Below, in pieces: positions 17,982 through 27,450 of a stretch of 64,000 nucleotides of DNA. The DNA is from Eubacteriales bacterium (GTDB taxonomy: Bacteria > Bacillota > Clostridia > Oscillospirales > CAG-272), in assembly GCA_045660325.1 (NCBI GenBank), contig JAZRDO010000001.1, forward strand, positions 2,462-66,461, in the 5' to 3' direction. The position numbers and the translations under genes are program-made. Every line of letters begins with the position of its first letter. Position 1 is the stretch's first letter. Under the pieces are notes generated by a model. That model saw nothing but the letters and a program-made list of their open reading frames with translations. It was not told where the DNA came from and did no database searches.

Positions 17982-18577
17982 AAATAAAGCCCCTTTTCCT
18001 TTATATACCTTGCAACCGACTCGGGAACAAGCGCGGAAATATCATCACCGTTTTTTATCTTCTCTCTTATCTCGCTTGAGGATACGACAACCGCATCGCC
18101 CACGATTCTCGTCGCGATCCTGCCGTACTTCTCCTTGTATTCCGCGTTCTTCTTAATGATAAGATTAGTTATAACCTCGTCGTTTTCACGGCGCATATAC
18201 ACGGGATAGCAGAGCTTAAAAATCTCGTCGGCATCCTTCCACTTATCAAGGGTAAGCATCATATCCGTTCCGCAAAGCAGGAAAAGTCTGTTTTCGGGAT
18301 CATAAAGCTGACGAAGGGTGTCAACCGTATAGCTCTTGCCCTCGCGCTTTATTTCCATGTCGCTGACGATAACTCCGTCAACACCCGCAAACGCCGCCTC
18401 GCACATACGAAGTCTGTCATAAGAATTCGCGCCGTCGCTCATTTCCTTGTGCGGTGTATTTCCCGTCGGGATAACGAACAAAATGTCAAGCCACATTTGC
18501 TCCATAAAGCTCTTTGCGGCTGCAATATGTCCGTTATGCACGGGAGAGAACGTTCCGCCAAAAATACCAATTCTCAT
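17978..18577 (-). CDS. nadD: Nicotinate-nucleotide adenylyltransferase
   Basis: GGTFSPVHNGH motif. 4-nt overlap with yqeK. Confidence 0.9.
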   Translation of the reverse strand: MRIGIFGGTFSPVHNGHIAAAKSFMEQMWLDILFVIPTGNTPHKEMSDGANSYDRLRMCEAAFAGVDGVIVSDMEIKREGKSYTVDTLRQLYDPENRLFLLCGTDMMLTLDKWKDADEIFKLCYPVYMRRENDEVITNLIIKKNAEYKEKYGRIATRIVGDAVVVSSSEIREKIKNGDDISALVPESVARYIKEKGLYL

Positions 18578-18579
18578 AA

Positions 18580-18876
18580 TTATTTCTTAGGAAGCTCGAT
18601 TGTCTTCTTGTTTTCGGATTCTCTGTAAAGGACGATCTTTCTGCCCACTACGGACACGCCCTCTGCCTCAAGGATCTCGCAGAGCTGATCACACGCCTCG
18701 CGGGGTGTAAGCTCGCAGTTTTCAAGAACTGAAAGCTTGATAAGCTCTCTTGCCTCGAGCGCATCGTAAAGTGTCTTACAAAGATTTTCCGTAATGCCCG
18801 CCTTGCCGATCTGCATAATTGCAGGACAGTCTGCCGCAAGCGAGCGGAGATATGCTCTCTGTTTTGATGTAATCAT
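18580..18876 (-). CDS. yhbY: Ribosome assembly RNA-binding protein YhbY (CRM domain)
   Basis: 98 aa. SKQRAYLRSLA...IMQIGKAGITENL pattern. Confidence 0.85.
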   Translation of the reverse strand: MITSKQRAYLRSLAADCPAIMQIGKAGITENLCKTLYDALEARELIKLSVLENCELTPREACDQLCEILEAEGVSVVGRKIVLYRESENKKTIELPKK

Positions 18877-18896
18877 TTATTTTTCTCCAAATATTT

Positions 18897-19502
18897 TTAC
18901 TGTATGTTTAACTTCTTTAATTCTTCAGCTAAAAGCTTCACCGCCTTGCCTCTGTGGCTGACGGAATTCTTCTCCTCTGCCGTTACGTCGGCAAGAGTCT
19001 TATTGAAGGGAGGATAGAAGAAATAGGGGTCGTAGCCGAAGCCACCGTTACCGCTTCTGTTCTCCGTTATCTCACCGAGAACCTCGCCGCGAACGACGAT
19101 AGGATCGATGCTTCCGTAGCTTTCAGGAAAAACGCACGCGATAGTGCAAACAAATCGAGCGCTCTTATCCTCAAAGGGAGCAAGGTTTTTGAGCACGAGC
19201 TGATTGTTAGCCTCGTCGTCGCCGTGCTCACCCGCATATCTTGCAGAATAAACACCGGGAGCGCCGTCGAGCGCATCAACTGAGAGACCCGAGTCGTCGC
19301 CGACGCCGATATAGCCCGAGGTTGCGGCGCATCTTGCCTTTATTAACGCATTCTCCTCAAAGGTCTCGCCGTCCTCCTCGATTTCATCATAGATTCCTAC
19401 CTCGTCAAGAGAGAGGATCTCGATATTGTCAATATACTGCGAAAGAAGAGTCAAGAGCTCTTTTTTCTTTTTCTGATTTCTTGATGCAAGTACTATTTTC
19501 AT
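18897..19502 (-). CDS. rdgB: dITP/XTP pyrophosphatase (RdgB/HAM1 family)
   Basis: ASRNQKKKKEL N-terminus, FGYDPYF and SHRGKA motifs. Confidence 0.9.
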   Translation of the reverse strand: MKIVLASRNQKKKKELLTLLSQYIDNIEILSLDEVGIYDEIEEDGETFEENALIKARCAATSGYIGVGDDSGLSVDALDGAPGVYSARYAGEHGDDEANNQLVLKNLAPFEDKSARFVCTIACVFPESYGSIDPIVVRGEVLGEITENRSGNGGFGYDPYFFYPPFNKTLADVTAEEKNSVSHRGKAVKLLAEELKKLNIQ

Positions 19503-19511
19503 ATTGTTTCC

Positions 19512-20606
19512 TTATTCAAACAACGCGTCAACGAAGTCCTGCGCGTCAAATTCTCTCATATCGTCGATCTTCTCGCCGACACCGATGAACTTAACGGGAA
19601 TTCCAAGCTCGCGCTTAATAGAAATAACGATACCGCCCTTTGCGGAGCCATCAAGCTTGTTGAGTGTGATACCCGTAATATTTGCCGCCTTGGAAAATTC
19701 CTTTGCCTGAATGATCGCGTTCTGTCCCGTAGTCGCGTCAAGCACGAGAAGATTCTCGCGGGATGCGCCGGGAAGCTCTCTATCAATTACTCTGTTGATC
19801 TTTGCAAGCTCGTTCATAAGGTTTGTCTTATTCTGGAGTCTGCCCGCAGTGTCAACGATAAGAACGTCCGCCTGCTTCTTCTTTGCATAACTGATAGCGT
19901 CGAAAACAACTGCCGCGGGATCACTTCCCTCGTTCTGACGAACCATATCGACCTTTGCTCTCTCGCACCAAACCTCAAGCTGCTCGATAGCCGCAGCTCT
20001 GAACGTATCCGCCGCCGCTACAACTACCTTCTTGCCCGAAAGACGAAGTCTCTTGGATATCTTACCGATAGACGTGGTCTTGCCCGCGCCGTTTACACCG
20101 ATAACGAGAATTACAGAGGGAGTCGTCTCAAGCTTTAATGGCTGATGCTCGCCGATCATCTCGCCGAGTATCTCCTTGAGCGCGCCCATAACCTGATCCT
20201 TTTCCTTGAGTCTGCCGTCCTTGATTCTGTCGCGAAGCTCCTCAATAATGTCCTCAGTCGCGCCGACGCCGATATCCGACATAATAAGAAGCTCCTCAAG
20301 CTCGTCAAGTAAGTCCTCGTCAACACGGACAAAGCTCTTCAAGAGATTGTCGATCTGACCGAAAAGCGCGTTCTTTGTCTTTGAAAGACCGCTCTTGAGC
20401 TTTGACCAGAAGGACTGCTTAGTGGGAATTTCCTCGTTCTCCTCTGTCTCCTCAACCGCTTCCTCGGATACCTCTTGGAGCACCTCTTCTTCTATCTCCT
20501 CGAAGGATTCCTCGGCTGCTACGTCAGCAGCCTCGGTCTCAATCTCGGGAGTGTTGTCTGTATTTTCATTATTCTTTTTACCGAAAAGCTTATTCAAAAA
20601 TGCCAT
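19512..20606 (-). CDS. ftsY: Signal recognition particle receptor FtsY
   Basis: Acidic N-domain and GVNGAGKTTSIGK P-loop, DTAGR and TKLDG-like (LNKLDGSAKGG) motifs. I prefer ATG 20606 (RBS AAGGAGGG), which overlaps the smc 3' end by 17 nt. Confidence 0.9.
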   Translation of the reverse strand: MAFLNKLFGKKNNENTDNTPEIETEAADVAAEESFEEIEEEVLQEVSEEAVEETEENEEIPTKQSFWSKLKSGLSKTKNALFGQIDNLLKSFVRVDEDLLDELEELLIMSDIGVGATEDIIEELRDRIKDGRLKEKDQVMGALKEILGEMIGEHQPLKLETTPSVILVIGVNGAGKTTSIGKISKRLRLSGKKVVVAAADTFRAAAIEQLEVWCERAKVDMVRQNEGSDPAAVVFDAISYAKKKQADVLIVDTAGRLQNKTNLMNELAKINRVIDRELPGASRENLLVLDATTGQNAIIQAKEFSKAANITGITLNKLDGSAKGGIVISIKRELGIPVKFIGVGEKIDDMREFDAQDFVDALFE

Positions 20607-23600
20607 TCCACTCGCCCTCCTTGTTCTTTTCAATATCTCTTATATCAAGAGTAAGGATTCTCGATATACCGTGCTCGGGCATCGTTACGCCGTAAAGACG
20701 TGTTGCAGCCGCCATCGTGCCTCGTCTGTGCGAGATCATGATGAACTGCGTGCCGTCGGAATATCTCTTTATGTACTGTGCAAGTCGTTCTACGTTAACC
20801 TCGTCAAGCGCCGCCTCAATTTCGTCGAGAATGCAGAACGGTGTGGGGTTAACCTTCAAAATTGCAAAGAACAACGCTACGCCTACGAATGCCTGCTCGC
20901 CACCCGACAGCTGCATAAGATTCTTGATGATCTTGCCGGGAGGTGCCGCCTTGATCTCAATACCGCTCTCAAGCACGTTCTCGGGGTCTGTAAGATAAAG
21001 CTCTGCAGAGCCACCACCGAAAAGCTCTCTGAAGGTAATGCCGAAGTTTTCGTTGATCTTATTGAAGGACTCAATAAACGCCGCCTTCATCTCAACCTCA
21101 AGCTTTGAAATAACGCCCGTAAGCTCAACCTTCGACTTATTAAGGTCGTCGATCTGCGCCGACATATAGTCATATCTTTCCTTGACCTCGCGGTACTTAT
21201 TCACGGAATCAAGGTCAACGTGTCCTATACTGCGAAGCTTGTTCTTGCACTCGGTCTGAATACGAACGTACTCCGCGTGATTCTCTCGGGTAACCTCGGG
21301 ATATCCAAGAGATACCGCATCCGCGCGTGTTAATTCGTAGTCGTCCCAGAGCTTGCTTGCAAGCTTGTCGTAAGCTTCGCGAAGATTTGCCAGCTTGGAT
21401 TCGTTTCGGGTATGCTCCTGGAATACGACCTCCTTGTGCGACATCTTCTCACGGATCAGGGCATTTATCTCGTTTGTCTTCTTTTCAAACTCAAGATTGC
21501 CCTCGTCGATCTCAGCGCGCTTCGCGTTAAGCTCGGCAAGATTCTTCTCACCCTCCGCATACGCGCGACGGTTTTCGATCTGCGCTGCCTCAATAGCATT
21601 TATTTGAGATGCATAGTCCGCAATTCTCTGATTGTGAGAAACGATATCGGTCTCAATAATTCTGATTCTCTCAAAGGAGACGTCAAGCATCGTATTTGCG
21701 GATTCAATATCCTTATTCTTTTCACTGTAAGAAATAATAAGCTGTGTCTTATTCTTTTCTATATCCTCAAGGGAGAACTCGCGCTCAACTCTATTGGCGT
21801 TCTTTTCCTCACGGAGAGCTGTGAGCTCCTCGATTCTCTTTGTAATCTCCGCCTCATCCGCAGTAAGAGAGATAATATCATCGTCATACTGCTCTGCCTT
21901 GGAAATAAATTCCTCGTAGTCCGCGCGGAGTCTTGCGATAAGCTGCTCGTTCGCATCAAGCTTCGCGTTGATCTGTTCAAGCGCCGCCGCTTCGGTATTC
22001 TTCAACACCTCGATAAGACTGCGACGGTTGTCAAGGTCTGCAATATCGTCATTCGTGTCGTCGATATTACTCTTGAGCTTCTTGAGCTCGGCATTATCCG
22101 CCTTGATCGCCGCCTCAAGCTCACGCGCCTCAACAGTAAGTCTCTTGATCTCGTCTGCGCGGGAAAGCACACCGCCCGCAGTCTTTACAGAGCCGCCCGT
22201 AAACGAACCGCCCGCATTGATCTGCTGGCCGTCGAGAGTAACCACTCTCACCTTGTATTTCATCGCCTTCGCCATAACGGTCGCGTTATCAATATTATCA
22301 AACACGAGAGTTCTGCCAAGAAGCGAGCTGATTACGTTTGAAAATTTAGCATCATAGGAGCAGAGCTTGTCCGCAGTGGAGATATAGCCGTTAAAGCCGC
22401 AAGCATCTCTCATCTCGGGAGTCTCGCTCTGGGGACGCATTGAGGTCAAGGGGAAGAACGTAGCTCTACCCACCTGTCCTTTTTTGAGTGCGAACATAGC
22501 CGCCTTTGCGGTCTCTTCATCCTCAACCACGATATTCTGCAAATTCGCGCCGAGAGCGGTCTCAATTGCAGTTACGTACTTTGAATCAACCGAAATAACC
22601 TTTGAGAGCGGGCCGTAAATACGCGCGCATCTCGCACCGCTCACGGTTGTAACGCGACCTGCCTCGTATTCCTTCATAATAAAGCGAACGCTGTTGGAGT
22701 AGCCCTCAAACTGCTCCTCCATAGCCTTAATGGTCGCGATTCTGTGGTTTGTGGAATCAAATCTATGTGTCTTTGAATTTACGTTCTCATAAAGCTCGCC
22801 GTACTCGGAATTCATACCGATAAGCGAATTCTTCTTTTCCGTAATCTCGTCGTTTATTCTGTTTATTTCTTCTGAATACTTGCCGACAGTTCTTTCCTTT
22901 ACGCCGCTCTGCTTCTTATAATCCGCGGAAACCGCTTCGTATTCCTCAATGTCGGAGAGAATCTGCGCGTTTCTGTCGCTGCCGCTATCCTTGGCATTTT
23001 CAATTACGGAAATGCGGACTCTGATATCAGTAGCCTCATCCTCAGCCTTCTTTATATCAACAAGAGCGGTGTCAATTTCCTTTGTAAGCGTTGCGATATC
23101 GCACTTAATTGCAAATATCTCGTCCTCAACTGCCTCAAGCCTTGCCTGAATTTCGGACTTTTCACCCTCAAGAGCCTCTATCTTGCTCTTTTGTGTCTCA
23201 ACTCTCACCTGCTCGTCGGAAAGATTTGCCGCGAGTGTATCGCGTGTCATAGCGGATGCCGCGCTCATTTCTCTTGCGTGAGCGAGGTTGCTTTCGTTTA
23301 CCTTAAATTCACCCTCAAGGGAGAAATTCGCATTCGTCTGCTCGCGGATAAGATTAAGCACCTGTGCGGACGCCATTCTGCCGTTCTGCGCCGCCTCAAA
23401 AAGCTTCGCGCTTCTCGTATCAAGCGCCTCGATCGCATCCTCCGCGCTCTTCAAATCAAACGTGGAATGACGAAGACGCTCCTCAGCCGTCGCGATATCC
23501 GTCTTATAGCTCTCCGTGTCATAAAGCCAGAGGGATACGTCCGCCTGCTTCTTGCGGTCAAGAAGCTCGATGGCACGCTTCGCCTTCTCGCTCTCCTTCT

Positions 23601-24243
23601 GGAGAGGTCCTACCTGAGACTCGACCTCGGTAAAAATGTCCATAATTCTGGTCATATTATCCTCGGTCTGGGAGAGCTTTCTCTCCGCCTCACTCTTCTT
23701 ATGTCTGTACTTAGCAATACCCGACGCGTCCTCAAAGATTCCGCGGCGCTCGTCGCTCTTTCTGGATACCATATCGGCAATTCTGCCCTGACCGATAATA
23801 GAATAACCGTCACGGCCGATACCCGTATTCATAAAGAGCTCGTAGATATCACGAAGTCTTACGCTTCTGCGATTGATAAAGTACTCGCTCTCGCCACCTC
23901 TGAAATAACGTCTGGTTACAGTTACCTCATCATAGGGGCAATCAAGCTTTGACTCCTCTGCGGTGTTGTCAAAGGTTACGGAAACCTCGGCATAGCCCAT
24001 GGGTCTGCGGCTGTCCGCACCGCCGAAGATAACGTCCTCCATCTTTGTTCCGCGAAGAGTTTTAGAGGATATCTCACCCAAAACCCAACGCATCGCATCG
24101 GCAATATTCGATTTTCCGCTTCCGTTAGGACCTACGATTACGGTAACGCCATTGGCACTCTCGCCCGCACTCTCATCAAAGATGAGCTTGGTCTTGTCGG
24201 GAAACGATTTAAATCCCTGAAGTTCAATCGACTTTAAATACAC
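20590..24243 (-). CDS. smc: Chromosome segregation protein SMC
   Basis: LKSIELQGFKSF, GPNGSGKSNI Walker A, long coiled coils, hinge, and LSGGEQAF signature. The likely start is GTG 24243 (GGAAAGGA RBS, VYLKSIEL...). The track start at 24273 is a TTG. Confidence 0.93.
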   Translation of the reverse strand: MYLKSIELQGFKSFPDKTKLIFDESAGESANGVTVIVGPNGSGKSNIADAMRWVLGEISSKTLRGTKMEDVIFGGADSRRPMGYAEVSVTFDNTAEESKLDCPYDEVTVTRRYFRGGESEYFINRRSVRLRDIYELFMNTGIGRDGYSIIGQGRIADMVSRKSDERRGIFEDASGIAKYRHKKSEAERKLSQTEDNMTRIMDIFTEVESQVGPLQKESEKAKRAIELLDRKKQADVSLWLYDTESYKTDIATAEERLRHSTFDLKSAEDAIEALDTRSAKLFEAAQNGRMASAQVLNLIREQTNANFSLEGEFKVNESNLAHAREMSAASAMTRDTLAANLSDEQVRVETQKSKIEALEGEKSEIQARLEAVEDEIFAIKCDIATLTKEIDTALVDIKKAEDEATDIRVRISVIENAKDSGSDRNAQILSDIEEYEAVSADYKKQSGVKERTVGKYSEEINRINDEITEKKNSLIGMNSEYGELYENVNSKTHRFDSTNHRIATIKAMEEQFEGYSNSVRFIMKEYEAGRVTTVSGARCARIYGPLSKVISVDSKYVTAIETALGANLQNIVVEDEETAKAAMFALKKGQVGRATFFPLTSMRPQSETPEMRDACGFNGYISTADKLCSYDAKFSNVISSLLGRTLVFDNIDNATVMAKAMKYKVRVVTLDGQQINAGGSFTGGSVKTAGGVLSRADEIKRLTVEARELEAAIKADNAELKKLKSNIDDTNDDIADLDNRRSLIEVLKNTEAAALEQINAKLDANEQLIARLRADYEEFISKAEQYDDDIISLTADEAEITKRIEELTALREEKNANRVEREFSLEDIEKNKTQLIISYSEKNKDIESANTMLDVSFERIRIIETDIVSHNQRIADYASQINAIEAAQIENRRAYAEGEKNLAELNAKRAEIDEGNLEFEKKTNEINALIREKMSHKEVVFQEHTRNESKLANLREAYDKLASKLWDDYELTRADAVSLGYPEVTRENHAEYVRIQTECKNKLRSIGHVDLDSVNKYREVKERYDYMSAQIDDLNKSKVELTGVISKLEVEMKAAFIESFNKINENFGITFRELFGGGSAELYLTDPENVLESGIEIKAAPPGKIIKNLMQLSGGEQAFVGVALFFAILKVNPTPFCILDEIEAALDEVNVERLAQYIKRYSDGTQFIMISHRRGTMAAATRLYGVTMPEHGISRILTLDIRDIEKNKEGEWNGIFE

Positions 24244-24289
24244 GTTTTTTCCTTTCCGCCGAATTCTCGGCAAGATAGCTTAACAAATA

Positions 24290-25330
24290 TTAGGAAAGGC
24301 TTACAAGCCTTATATTTTCTATGTCTCCCCTCTCGCGTATCTTGATTTTCTCGATACCGAAGGTGTCTTTTATTCTCTCGCGGTTACGGCCGCGCTGACC
24401 GAGAAGCTTGGATGTGTGTCCCGAAGGGATCTCAAATTCGGCTTCACTATACTGTTTACCGCACGCCGCGCCCCTTATGCTCTCGCACATAATATCAAAG
24501 TAAAGCTCGCCTATGACAAGCTCTCCCATAGCCGCGTGATTTGCGCCTCCGAGAACGCAGGTGTCGTCTGCGAGGTTGTCCGATGCGCAAAGACCGATTC
24601 TTATGCAATCAACTCCGCGAGCATTGAAAACGCCAAGCGCCGCGGCGCTTCTTTTTATCGCATCTTCAAGCTCAAGAGGAGTATATTCTCCATTCCTTGT
24701 CATGTCCGCAAGCTCGGTGTCGTAGAATACAACTGTGGGATAAATTCTTGCGCCGTCGCATCCCATATCCGAAATTTTATGTGCGGTATATATCTCTTTT
24801 TCCATACTTGAATCAGGCAGGCCTATCATCATCTGACCGACAAGATAATGGCCGCGCTCCTTGATCATTCGGCACGCCGCCTCAGCCTGTGCCGCCGTAT
24901 GACCTCGCTTTGACGATAGGAGCACCCCGTCGTCCATACTCTGAAGCCCTAATTCAATCGCGCTTACGGTGTAATTTGCAAGAATATCAAGTATCTCGCC
25001 GTCTATATAATCAGGACGTGTAGACATTCTCACACCAACGACACGGGCACGTCCGTCGTCATCGCGTCTTACAAACTCCTCTGCAATATCAAGCAAACAG
25101 ATCATCTGCTCGCGATCAATTCCCGTAAACGAGCCGCCGAAATACGCGATCTCGACCTCTGCATCGGGATGAATCGTATCAAGCGCGGTATTAATTTCAT
25201 TTCTCACACCCCGGATATCAAAGCAGCTCTTTCCTGAAATTGATCTTTGGTTGCAGAAAACGCACATATTCGGGCAACCCATGTGAGGAATGAATATCGG
25301 AATATTTTTGTGTTTATTTTTCATTTTCAA
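24290..25330 (-). CDS. Radical SAM protein (ELP3-like family commonly found next to rnc in Clostridia)
   Basis: CPNMCVFC = CxxxCxxC cluster near the N-terminus. 4-nt overlap with rnc. Confidence 0.8.
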   Translation of the reverse strand: MKMKNKHKNIPIFIPHMGCPNMCVFCNQRSISGKSCFDIRGVRNEINTALDTIHPDAEVEIAYFGGSFTGIDREQMICLLDIAEEFVRRDDDGRARVVGVRMSTRPDYIDGEILDILANYTVSAIELGLQSMDDGVLLSSKRGHTAAQAEAACRMIKERGHYLVGQMMIGLPDSSMEKEIYTAHKISDMGCDGARIYPTVVFYDTELADMTRNGEYTPLELEDAIKRSAAALGVFNARGVDCIRIGLCASDNLADDTCVLGGANHAAMGELVIGELYFDIMCESIRGAACGKQYSEAEFEIPSGHTSKLLGQRGRNRERIKDTFGIEKIKIRERGDIENIRLVSLS

Positions 25331-26055
25331 AGGCTCTCAACCGAGAAAAGCTTCAATGCTTCCTTTGCGGCGTTCTGCTCCGCGGCTCTCTTGCTTCTTC
25401 CCTCGCCTCTGCCGATAACGTTGGAATTAAGTCTCGCCTCAACGCAAAAGACCTTCATGTGATCGGGGCCCGACTCACTTACGGTAACGTATTCAAGGAA
25501 GTCGCCCTCTGCCTGCTGAACGAACTGCTGAAGCATGGTTTTCGCATCTGCGGAAAATCCGCTCGTACGAAGGGACGCGATCTCTTCCTTGATAAACGGC
25601 AAAAGAAATCTCTCGCACTCGGCAAAGCCACCCTCTCCCGCGTCTATGTACATTGATGCTAAAAGCGCCTCAAACGCGTCGGCAAGAATCGACTTTCTGT
25701 GTCTGCCCTGATTCTTTTCCTCACCGATACCGAGAAGAAGATATTTGCCAAGACCGAGCTTTTCAGAATAGCCCGAGAGCGCTCTCTCGCAAACGACCTC
25801 CGCTCTCATTCTCGTAAGTTCCCCTTCGGGACAGTCGGGAAATTCACGGTAGAGATATCTGCTCGTGATGAGGGACAGAACGCTGTCGCCGAGGAACTCA
25901 AGTCTCTCGTTGCAAAGAATATGATGATTCTTCGCGCCCGACTCGTTTGAATAAGACGAGTGGGTAAGCGCTCTTTGCAAAAGCATCTTATCGCGGAACT
26001 GATATTTAATTTTTCCTTCAAGCGCATGCTCTCCAAACGGACTTACGTGCGACAC
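25327..26055 (-). CDS. rnc: Ribonuclease III
   Basis: ERLEFLGDSVL signature and a C-terminal dsRBD. Confidence 0.92.
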   Translation of the reverse strand: MSHVSPFGEHALEGKIKYQFRDKMLLQRALTHSSYSNESGAKNHHILCNERLEFLGDSVLSLITSRYLYREFPDCPEGELTRMRAEVVCERALSGYSEKLGLGKYLLLGIGEEKNQGRHRKSILADAFEALLASMYIDAGEGGFAECERFLLPFIKEEIASLRTSGFSADAKTMLQQFVQQAEGDFLEYVTVSESGPDHMKVFCVEARLNSNVIGRGEGRSKRAAEQNAAKEALKLFSVESL

Positions 26056-26069
26056 GGTTAAACCTCCAT

Positions 26070-27428
26070 TTATACGGGCTCATTGCCCTTTATCTCATAT
26101 TTTTCAATAATTTCCGACAAAGCGGTAAGCGCTCTGTCCGCAACCACCTCGTACTTTGCGACCTTGCCGCCGCGCACTCTGTATCCGAGGGGCGCGATAA
26201 TGCCGAAATTCGCGTTCATCGGAACGAAATTTCCGCTCATATTACCTGTGCTGATATAATTTGCCATAGCGCCGATCATTGTCGTATCGGGGAATATAAT
26301 GGGCTCTTCTCCGAGCGCACGTCTTGCCGCATTTACACCTGCGACAAAGCCCGAGCCCGTGGACTCGATATATCCCTCAACGCCCGTCATCTGACCTGCA
26401 AAATAAATATCGGGCTTCTCTATCATAGCGTAATCTCTGCCAAGCACACCGGGAGAAGAAAGATACGTGTTTCTGTGCATAATTCCGTATCTTAAAAATT
26501 CCGCATTTTCAAGACCGGGGATCATTGAGAACACTCTCTTCTGCTCGGGGAATGCAAGATGTGTCTGGAAGCCTACGAGGTTATACATAGTTCCCTCTTT
26601 ATTCTCCTTGCGGAGCTGAACTACGGCGTATGCCTCCTCGCCCGTTCTCTTATCAACGAGACCTACGGGCTTGAGGGGACCGAAAAGAAGAGTATCGTGT
26701 CCGCGACGAGCCATAACCTCAACGGGCATACAGCCCTCGAATACCTTAAGCTCCTTCTGGCTTTCCTTATCAAAATCGTGAAGCTCCGCCTCACGAGCTG
26801 AAATAAGCTCGTTATAAAACGCGTCGTACTGCTCACGGTTCATAGGACAGTTGAGATAGTCCGCATCGCCCTTATCGTATCTTGAAGCAGCGTAAACTAT
26901 GTCGTAGTTAATAGAATCCGCATCAACGATAGGAGCCGCCGCATCAAAGAAATGAAGCGAGCCGATGCCTATCTGCTTTTCAATATAGTCCGCCATTCCC
27001 TCGCTTGTTAGGGGACCTGTGGCAATAATAGTAATTTTTCCGTCCTCAACCGAGGTAGCCTCTTTCTCGATAACCTCAATGTTAGGATGATTTTTTATCT
27101 TATCGGTAATGTAGCCCGAGAAGATATTTCTGTCCACCGCAAGAGCCGAGCCCGCGGGAACACGCGCAAAGTATGCCGCCTGCATAATGAGTGAGCCCAT
27201 TCTGTGAAGCTCCTCCTTAAGAAGACCTGATGCGACGGTAACTCTGTCCGAGCGAAGGGAGTTTGAGCAAACAAGCTCCGCAAAGCTCTCGGAGTGATGA
27301 GCGGGAGTAAACTTATGAGGCTTCATCTCAAAAAGTCGAACGTGAACTCCGCGCTCCGCCGCCTGCCAGGCTGCCTCGCAGCCTGCAAGACCTGCGCCAA
27401 ATATATCAATTGAAATTCTGTTTTCCAT
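26070..27428 (-). CDS. trmFO: Methylenetetrahydrofolate--tRNA-(uracil-5-)-methyltransferase
   Basis: FGAGLAGCEAAWQ FAD-binding N-terminus, ELVCSNSLRS, about 450 aa. Confidence 0.92.
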   Translation of the reverse strand: MENRISIDIFGAGLAGCEAAWQAAERGVHVRLFEMKPHKFTPAHHSESFAELVCSNSLRSDRVTVASGLLKEELHRMGSLIMQAAYFARVPAGSALAVDRNIFSGYITDKIKNHPNIEVIEKEATSVEDGKITIIATGPLTSEGMADYIEKQIGIGSLHFFDAAAPIVDADSINYDIVYAASRYDKGDADYLNCPMNREQYDAFYNELISAREAELHDFDKESQKELKVFEGCMPVEVMARRGHDTLLFGPLKPVGLVDKRTGEEAYAVVQLRKENKEGTMYNLVGFQTHLAFPEQKRVFSMIPGLENAEFLRYGIMHRNTYLSSPGVLGRDYAMIEKPDIYFAGQMTGVEGYIESTGSGFVAGVNAARRALGEEPIIFPDTTMIGAMANYISTGNMSGNFVPMNANFGIIAPLGYRVRGGKVAKYEVVADRALTALSEIIEKYEIKGNEPV

Positions 27429-27450
27429 TAATTTTTCCTTTAAAGCTTAA

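Noticed and set aside
24244-24273. Track-extended N-termini: smc from TTG 24273, lon from 34024, SBP from 62700, giant SBP from 58407, deacetylase from GTG 12428, lipoprotein from 12355, scpB from 40099, family-5 SBP from 746, and RNHCP from 13207.
   Set aside because: In each case a downstream start has a proper RBS at 6-11 nt and yields the canonical N-terminus or signal peptide. The extensions lack an RBS or overlap the upstream gene or RBS.
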